Shown here piece after piece: positions 55,118 through 64,000 of a DNA stretch of 64,000 nucleotides. The DNA lies in contig JBODTK010000141.1 in assembly GCA_050613775.1 (NCBI GenBank), positions 124,001-188,000 of the forward strand. The letters are read 5' to 3'. This stretch comes from Neocallimastix sp. 'constans'. Its lineage: Eukaryota. Under the pieces are notes generated by a model. It ran no database searches, was not told the DNA's origin, and saw nothing but the letters and a program-made list of their open reading frames with translations. Within the stretch, counting starts at the first letter, position 1; every line of letters begins with the position of its first letter. The translations under genes were made by a program, and so were the position numbers.

Positions 55118-56540
55118 ATGGAAGAAAATTTAATTATTGATATAAGTGAATCCAACAAAGGAAAAGAACAAATTATTATTAATAAAAAATATAAATTTAA
55201 TTTTTCATATAAAAGAAAAGATAATTCCAAAATGTATAAATGTACAGAATATAAAAAAATAAATAAATGTAAATCTTTTATTATTTTAAATGATAAGAAA
55301 GAAATTTTAAAGTATAATAGTTCACATAACCATCCTGAAAATGAATACGATGTATCCCTATCTATAATGAAACATAAAATTAAAGATGGAATTGAAAAAA
55401 GTTCAATTCCTTTTGGTATAAAAATAAAACCCCTATATAATAAAATTTCTAAAGAAATGGGACTTATATGTCCAGAATATAATTCAATTAAATCCCAAAT
55501 ATCAAGAAATTTAAATAAAAAACTACCATCCAATGTAACAACATTTGCTGAAATTCCAAGTGAATCTGAATATTATAAAACAAAGCGAGATGAAAATTTT
55601 ATGATATTCAAAAATTCTAATTTAATAATTTTTCAATCCCCTTTTCAAGCAAAATTATTTAGGGAATATAATGATGATATATTTGTTGATGGTACATTTT
55701 TTATTGCCCCTAAATTTAGTTATCAAGTATTTATTACAAGAACTTATGCTAAAGAATTAGATAGTTTTTACACTACTTCTTTTGCAATATTAAAAAATAA
55801 AGAACAAGAAACATATAAAATGTTATTTGAAAAATTGAAAAAAAATGCTAATACATGTAACAATAATATTAGAATTGAACCAAAAAATTTGCATTGTGAT
55901 TTTGAAAGGGCCATATATAAAGCAGCAAAAACAATATTTTCTAATACAAATATTAAATATTGCATTTGGCATTATAAAAAATCACTAGAAATTAAAAAAA
56001 ATAAATTATGCTATAATGAAGTAAAAAATAATAATAATATATTTATTTATTATAAAGCTATTTCAAATTTACCATTTATAAATCCTGAATATATATTTGA
56101 TATTTATGTTATAATTAAAATTAAATCCATTAAAAATAATTATTGTCAATTTTTAAAATTTTAGAATATTTTTATAAAACATATTTAATTGATTATGATA
56201 TGAAAATTTGGAATTATTATAATAATATAGAACATATAACAAACAATGCCTCAGAATCACTCAATAATTATTTAAATAATTTATTTCCAACAAAACCATC
56301 TTTTTATGAATTAATAGATAAATTAAATGAACTTGAACATTTATCATATTATGATTATCAAAGAAAAATAAGAGGAATTTGGAAAATAAAAAAAGAGCAA
56401 TAAATAAAGCTAATGAAATCAGTGTCTTAATTGAACGCTACAAAAGTATTGAAGCAAAGTTAATTGATGCTAAATGTGATAGAAATAATATTATTAATTT
56501 GTGGTTTAATTGTTTAACTGATTTAAATAATATAATATAA
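55118..56540 (+). mobile_element. Mutator-like (MULE) DDE transposase with N-terminal FLYWCH/WRKY-like finger; two frameshifts
   Basis: YKCTEY...CKS...HNH; FVDGTF; HCDFERA; CIWH; TNNASESLN. Single-base frameshifts in a T run (~56160) and an A run (~56390). Confidence 0.9.
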
Positions 56541-56757
56541 ATATTACTTTATAATAAATAATTAAGAAATGAGGAATGACCAAATGAAATAATCAGAATT
56601 CTGTCATTCAATAATTTAATTTATAAAGCATATTAAATTTATACAGTTTCAATAAATATTCAAATACAATGTATAATTTATAGTTTTATCATTATAATTA
56701 TTATTTCGTTTAATAATTTTTAAAAAAAAGAATTATTATAAATAAAATTTATATTTT

Positions 56758-57020
56758 TAATAACATTTGTAATTTTATATAATTTTTTTATTAATAAAAT
56801 TTAAATAAAAAAATTATTATTATTAGTTTTATATTTTTAATAACATTTAAGTAAAAGAATTATTATTAATAACATTTATATTTTTATGTGTTTTTTTTAT
56901 TAATAACATTTAAGTAAAAGAATTATTATTAATAACATTTATATTTTTAATAACATTTAAATAAAAGAATTATTATTAATAACATTTATATTTTTAATAA
57001 CATTTAAATAAAAGAATTAA
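56758..57020. repeat. AT-rich tandem repeats (taataacatttaa(g/a)taaaagaattattat...)
   Basis: The unit recurs several times between 56760 and 57020. Confidence 0.7.
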
Positions 57021-57099
57021 ACTCATAAAATCTAACCATTATATGATTTATTTAATTTTTCACTTAATAATTAATTTAAAAATTGAAGTAACAAAATAA

Positions 57100-57761
57100 T
57101 ATAATAAAGTAATATTATGTAGCGCATAATAGATAAAGCCACATATTTATATATATCACGTGAAAATTGAAGTAATGCAACTTCCCCTAATATAATATAT
57201 CCTATTTATTTATAATAAACTATTTAATATTTAAAATTATAATAAAAGTTGTAATAAAATAAAAATATTAATTAAAATGTTAATTAAATTTATAAACTAA
57301 AAATACTAATTTTCTAACATTCCCCCCTAAACAAAGTATTGTAAAATCTTTGTTTACTAAGAAAATTTGTTATTTTTTAATATTTTTATATTCTTACTAA
57401 TCTGCTAATAATTTTTATTTATCTGTAGTAGTACAACCTAAATTTTTCTCAGCAAATGAATCAGATTTAAATTCAAACGCATGTACATTATAATTAAATT
57501 TCAAATTTTGCTCATTCGTATTAATTTTTGATTTTTGATCAATTTTTGACAAATTTTTATTATTAAAAAATTTTTTTTCTGAAAACATATTTTTCTTCAT
57601 ATATTTATAATTTTCACCAGTTTTTTGCCTAGACTATTTTTGTTTACACTTTTTTCAATTTCATTTCCTGGATTATAGTAATTAACATTTAAAATATTGT
57701 TATATTGATTAATTGTTTTCATATATTTTTTATAATTTTCATAATAAGTATTATCAAATCT
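57100..57761 (-). mobile_element. Probable LTR-retrotransposon remnant (polypurine tract + start of 3' LTR); left boundary uncertain
   Basis: Minus strand TTAGGGGGGAA|TGTTAGAAA at 57330-57311 parallels the copia PPT/LTR junction TTAGGAGGAA|TGTTAGAAA at 63633-63615. Confidence 0.5.
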
Positions 57762-57762
57762 C

Positions 57763-58309
57763 TTTTTTTTTTTTTTTTTTTTAACGACCGTAACAGGATT
57801 TCTCCCCAGCTGCACATCCGTAGACACACAATGGTTTATTACTAGAGGCCTTATCTAACTTCCTACTTTGAAGGTGGTCCCGTCCCTGCTGGACTGCCTT
57901 ACAGTTACTCTACATTGGCGCTCCTTACCCAAGTATAATTACTGCTTGTCATTGTACGATAATATTACAATTAGGTCTTGCAGCCACAATCTCCTGGGAT
58001 CACGTGATAACCGCTCCATATCTATAAGTAAGGATAATTAAATTTCTCATATGTCACCAAATGTTGGGTATCTCCTCTTAAGAAACTTGCCATACACACT
58101 CAACCCTCTCAGGCCTGCAAGAAGTGCAAATCGATGAAAGTTGAATTAGAGATATAGGGGTATCAAGATATATGGGTATAATACTTACCTGAAAACCCTA
58201 ACCACCTAATAACGAAAAACCAGTGGAAAAAAAGTTACAGGCATAGGGAGGGGTCAAACCAAGAACCTTATGCTCTCAAAGCATACGCCTTAACAGCCAG
58301 GATAAAACC
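57763..58309 (-). mobile_element. tRNA-headed SINE-like retroposon with LINE-type 3' stem-loops and poly(A)
   Basis: GC-richer island. tRNA-like head 58309-58239; stem-loop motif 57923-57881; ends GTCGTT(A)n, like the GCCGTT(A)n end of copy E. No TSD found. Confidence 0.7.
58239..58309 (-). pseudogene. tRNA-like sequence (degenerate; loop would give a TGA anticodon)
   Basis: 71 nt; GTTAAGGCG D-arm remnant, perfect TATGC-TTTGAGA-GCATA anticodon arm, AGGTT variable loop, B-box-like GGTTTGACCC. Acceptor and T stems pair poorly. Confidence 0.6.
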
Positions 58310-60254
58310 TGGAACGGCTTATCATGATACGATACAGCTAGAAATACGTAAGAAAATTAACAAAAGAGAAAATCCTATAATAATGTAAAAGAAAATACTA
58401 AAATAGATTACAATAACAAGAACACAATAAATTTTATTTTATTAAAAAAATATTTTTATTAAAAATATATTTTATTAATATTTAATATTTATTAATAGTT
58501 ATTTGTTTAAAACAATTACATCGAGAAAAAATGTGAAAAGTATCTTCTATTTATACTTTTCCTAAATACATTGATAATATATTATTTTATTTAAATTACA
58601 TATATTTTAATATAAAACTATCCTAATGAATTTTATTAAATAATAAATTTATAAACTATAGCTAAATTTAGAAAAATATAATTATTAATTAAACTAAATA
58701 CTAAATAATTAAAATTAAGTACATTTATTATCTATTTATTATTTTAATATTATAAGTAAAGTCTTTATTTATTTTCGATTTAAAAACAATGTTAAAGGAG
58801 TCATGATTAAATTTTGAAACTTAATTTTCACAAAATAAATTATTAATTTATTTTGTTTTAAACTTTAATTAATTCATTTAAATTATTTTACAACAATAAT
58901 TTTCTCAGAATTAAATTTTATAAAAATTATTACATTAAAAATTTATCTTGTGGCTTAAAGAATATAATTCAAAAATTTAGTTCATATGATTTATTTACTT
59001 TGCTTATTATTTTATAAATCAAAGAATAATTTACATTTTTGAATTACACACGAAAAATTTTTTAATTTAAAATGTGATTGGGACAATCACATCTTTACAA
59101 ATAATATAGTGAAAAATAATTATAATATATAATATACTAAATCATTATATAAATAGATTAAAATTAATTAGACACCCAATAATATTCAAGATAAAATTAA
59201 TTAATAAATTTAAAAGAAGAGAATGAAATAAAAGTTAAAGAGAGAGTTTTTCTTGTTGTTTTAGAAAATCTAATTGAGAATAAAATAATAGTTTTAAAGA
59301 ATTTATAGTTTAGTTTAAATAATTAAGTAATTACTTATAGTTTCAGGATAAGAGTTGAATCCTACAATTATAAGTAAAATTATTATTAAGATATTAATAC
59401 AAATTGAATTATTAGAGATAATTAATAATTATTATATTCAGAGGAATATAAAATATAATTGTAATAATTTATGTAAAATTAAATAAATAAAAACAAGATT
59501 TAAAAAGAAATAAATAAATTTTATTATTTGTGTAAATTATTATTTATTATCTTTGAATTGGAATATATTATTTTATAAATTCCCTATTTGCTCGACCTCG
59601 TTATAATTAAATAAATAAAAATTTGATACTTTATTACTTATATTGTATCAATCAGATCTCATAATTTGTAAATATTCTTCAATAATTTTCTGGATGTTAT
59701 TGTTCTTTTCTTCAATTTCACTCAAACGTTTCAATAATTTGTTCAATTTACAATTTGTTTTGTTTATTTTATGTTGAAATTATTCAATTATATATTTATC
59801 TGTCGTAACAGGATTTTCATTTTCATAATTTTGGTAATTATTCGAAATATTATTTTTATTTATACTTGCTATTTCATTATTATGTATATTATTATTCATA
59901 CTTGCTATTTCATTATTATGTATATTATTCATACTTGCTATTTCATTATTGCGTATGTTACTATTTATACCTAAATTCCTATAGTTACTGTTATTATATT
60001 CATTGCTATCATAAATTCCATTAATAAAATAATTATTTAAATCCTAATTAATATTATTTTCTTTTTGAAAAATATTTGTGTTTTCTGCTTTATTTGGTGT
60101 GTTATTATTTGTAAAATTAAATTGAGTGTTTTGGTAAGATTATTGCTATATCTTTCCTGGTTTGGGTTAAATTGGTCAGGTCAAGATGTTTTTATTAATT
60201 ATAATTTAATTAATTTTAAATAATAAATAACACACAGAGTTTTATAATTAAGAT

Positions 60255-61380
60255 TTCAATATTTAAAATTACCTAAAGAATTACAAAATTACAAATCAGT
60301 ATTTAATCCTCCTCCTAAAGGAAAAATATTCAAAAGAGATAATAACTTTAATGCTAAACTCCCCTATAATAAAAACTTGATTAAAACCCTACCTGTACAA
60401 CCACACATCAAATTAAACCTAGAACAAGAAGTAGCACTGGAAAAACAATTCGAAGAATTAATGGATGAATACAAAATTGAAAAGTGCAATTCTAACCATG
60501 CATGTAACGTTTTCAACGTTCCTAAAAAAGACGGTACTTTTAGAACAGTTTTTAATTTTGTATTAGTCAACAACTGCTTAATTCCTAACCAGTATCCAAT
60601 TCCTAGACTGCAAGAACTAGTAAATAATGCGGCAAAATATAAATATCATATATTATTAGACCTGAGAAATGCTTACAACCAAATTTATCTGAATGAGAAC
60701 TATACACTTAACATGTTTTCGGTTTAAAAACCAAATTTATAGATGGAAAGTCCTTCCATTTGGTCTATCAACAGCACCCTCCATCTTTCAAGGGATATTA
60801 AACCTGTTACTCGAAGAAAAATTGAATAAAGGAATCGATGTATATCTCGATGACATTCACATTTATGGTGAGTCCAAACAAGAATGTATAAACAACTGTG
60901 CGTTCGCTTTAAACAAATTTAAAGAACAAAACTTATTCTGCAAACTTGAGAAATGTATATTTTTTCCAGAAAAATTTGAATATTTAGGCTATGAAATTTC
61001 ATATAATTCAATAAAACCTATAAGTAACAAAATCGATAAACTTAAACCTTGTAATACTCTAAATGAATATCAAAGTTTATGTGGATTCCTAAATTATTTT
61101 AAAAATTCAATTCCAGACTACCATAAACATATTGAATCCATATCAGAAGGGTTAAGACATCCAAAAACAGAATGGTCTGAACAGATGAATAAAGACCTAA
61201 CCTTTTTTATTAATAAAATTAATAATCTAACCATTCTATCACCATTCAGTGCCAAAACAGACATTTTAATTATTAGTGATGCTTCAGAGAAAGGTATCGG
61301 ATCATCAATATTCCAAATCAGAAACTATGAATTGATCGATAAATATATTAAGTCAAGCTTGGACTCTTCAGATAAAATTT
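60255..61380 (+). mobile_element. Ty3/gypsy pol fragment (RT + start of RNase H), frameshifted and truncated
   Basis: VPKKDGTFR, YPIPR, LDLRNAYNQI, LPFGLSTAPSIFQ, VYLDDI, KC.F...YLGY, SDASEKGIGS; frameshift near 60700. Confidence 0.92.
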
Positions 61381-63099
61381 ATATTAGATTTATGTTTTAT
61401 TAGAACTTTATTTAATATATATTTTAATAATAAAATTAACTAAGATTAATATAAGGAATTATTTATTGTTATAATTAATTCATTAACTTTATGTTAATAT
61501 TTTAGAATTTAATAGTTAGTTAATAATCTTACAAAGAATTCAAAATATAGAATTTTCAAATCCTTTTTATACTAAGCTAAAATAATAATTAACAATATAA
61601 TTAATTAATACATTTTAATCTTAATATATTCATACATGTATATAAACTATATAAAATATAATAATAAAATAATATTGATAAGAATCTTTTAATAAAATAA
61701 CTATATAACTTATTCATAAAACAATTTAATAATAAAACTAATTTAATAATAAAATATAAAATAAAATAAAATAAAATATTAAAACTAATTAAAATTTCTC
61801 TTTCGGAAATCTTTAGAATGATAAAGAATTCCTTAGAATCTTTTAGAAAATAATTGAATAAAAATATATAATAATAAAATATAAAACTTAAAACTTATTT
61901 AAAATATTATGAAACTATTACTAATAACTAATTCTGTATTTTTAATTAATAATAAAAATTAATAATATAATTTCCAAGTTAAAAGATTTATCTAATATAA
62001 ATTTCTTAATAATTTAGGTCTTAAATAAATAATTAAATTATGTTTTTATATTTAAATATCTTTAAAGTCCAATATCTCGTTATCTAGTTGTCCAATAAGG
62101 TTGATTTTAGCATATGTTGTAGTTCTCGACCGTAGCTTTCCAATGAATATAATTTAGCTGGAAATCTCCATTATTTGTTGAATTATCGTTGTTTTTCTTC
62201 ATGTTATTTTTATCAAATTCTAAAGGGTTAAATTAAATTAAATTATCTTTAATAAATAAGTCCAAACCCTTTGGTTTCTAATTCTTTAATGTTTCTAATA
62301 TTTATTTTTATAATTAAAATCGAATTAAAATAATTTTTGTCAATAACTAAATTAAATTTCAATTGATCTAATAGTGAATTTTAACTTCAAATCCACTAGT
62401 ATTCGTGACACTATTTTTAAATTTGTTGTTTTCACTACTGTTATTACTGTAACGAATACTAAAATTTGATTTATACCTGATATTCTTAATCAACAAAAAT
62501 TAAATTTTGTAGAAGTGAATAAGAGGATAAATACTGAATAAAGAAATTTAAAAAAAAATAAATATGTTTTATTATTAAACACAAAATGTTTTATTAAAAA
62601 AAATTTATTTTTATTTTAATATTAATCTTTATTTTATTTAATAATTAATTTTGTTTAAATTAATAAAATAATTGTTAAAACTAATAAAATAATAAAAAGA
62701 AATATTTATTATTTATACTAATTTATTTTAGATTTTAATAAAATTGATTATTATTAACTAATAAAATATATATAATAATTTATTAAATAATTAATAATCA
62801 TACTTTTTGATTATTAAAAATTAATAAAATATCTATAATAATTTATTAAATAATTAATAATAATGAATAATTTATAAGAAATATTTACATGTTTTTATAT
62901 TTTTCTTTGATTTTAAACTATTTACATTAAAAATAATAAAATTAATAAAAGAGAAATAAAGAATAATTTATTATTAAATTAATCAATATTTACAATTAAA
63001 ATATTAATAAAGAAGAGTTTTAAAATGTTATTTTAATTTCAATTTGTTTATAAAAGTTGAGTTATAAAATAAATAAAATAATCATTATTTTAAATAAAA

Positions 63100-63631
63100 G
63101 TAACTTAAAAATTATTTAACTATTTAATTTTAATTTTGAAATGTTTATAAGTTTGTTTATTTGTTATTTATAATTTATTAAATTTTTTTATAAAATTTGT
63201 TTATTATTTTGTTTATTTGTAGTTTTAGAAAAATATTATTTATTAATTTATTTTAGTTTTTAATTAAAATCATTAATGATTAATTAATTTTTAATACACT
63301 GCTTAAATTGATCAATTTCAATTTTATTCTTTAATAATTCCTTTTATTTTTATTTAATAAGAATGATATATTAAAAATATCTTTTTTAGTTAAATTACAT
63401 GTATTAATGTAAGATATAATTTAGTGTTACATTATATTAACGTATTTCGTTATTACTAAACGCCACATTATATGCTATACTATTACATTAATTATAAATT
63501 ATACTAATATTAATTATATATTTATAATTTTATATAAAATCAATATTAAATATATTTATATTATTTATTATAATTTATTATTTATATTTTATTGTTTAAT
63601 AATATTAAACTTTATTTCTAACATTCCTCCT
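63100..63631 (-). mobile_element. Copia polypurine tract (63624-63631) and 3' LTR starting at 63623; far end not determined
   Basis: AGGAGGAA followed by TGTTAG just after the pol stop codon. Confidence 0.6.
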
Positions 63632-63644
63632 AAAGTTTAATATT

Positions 63645-64000
63645 TTAAACTTTTGTTAATAATTCATTTCTAAATTTTGTCATTAAAGAACTATTTAAAT
63701 ATTTTGTAAAGCCGTCAGCTAAATTATCTTCTGATTTAATATATTCAAGTTTTATTGTATTATTTTTAACTAGTTCTCTTACTTTATGATATCTAAGATC
63801 TATGTGTCTTGATTTTGGATTTATAGTTTCATTTTTAGCATTAAAAATAGTAGCTTGATTATCAATATTGATTATTATATCTTTATAATTTAAATTTAAT
63901 TCTTTAAATAAATTTTTATACCATAAGCATTCTTTTGCGCATTCCACTAAACTATAATATTCACTCTCGGCGGTAGATAAAGATATGCAGTGTTGTGCTT
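63645..64000 (-). mobile_element. Ty1/copia pol C-terminus (RNase H)
   Basis: ISLSTAESEY, IDNQATI, SRHIDLRYH, NLADGFTK. Confidence 0.95.

Noticed and set aside
58181..58191. ATACTTACCTG as a U1 snRNA 5' end
   Set aside because: Downstream sequence lacks U1 stem-loops; better explained as a minus-strand splice donor.

Overview
This is extremely AT-rich, intron-rich eukaryotic DNA. Base composition, GT-AG introns, fungal-type genes and a flagellar/centriolar gene suggest a zoosporic anaerobic gut fungus (Neocallimastigomycota); that assignment is inference. Host genes are: an OXR1/TLDc protein (partial), a multi-exon CCDC13 homolog with a probable 8-nt microexon, phosphoacetylglucosamine mutase, a SQS1-like G-patch protein, a REG1-like PP1 regulator, an intronless bacterial-type MATE transporter and an NT5C3-type nucleotidase. 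Repeats include a ~10.7 kb same-strand pile of non-LTR retrotransposons (11.1-21.8 kb). It contains a full-length single-ORF APE-RT LINE with a 14-bp TSD, itself interrupted by a near-identical 3' fragment, and a captured LSU rRNA fragment. Also present are another deleted LINE, two short poly(A) retroposons (one tRNA-headed and carrying a canonical intron), a MULE transposase next to a minisatellite, and Ty3/gypsy and Ty1/copia remnants. The most notable signal is a covarying RNA stem-loop shared by nine copies of divergent LINEs and short non-coding retroposons, pointing to a possibly undescribed LINE/SINE system. All calls are by eye, without database searches.
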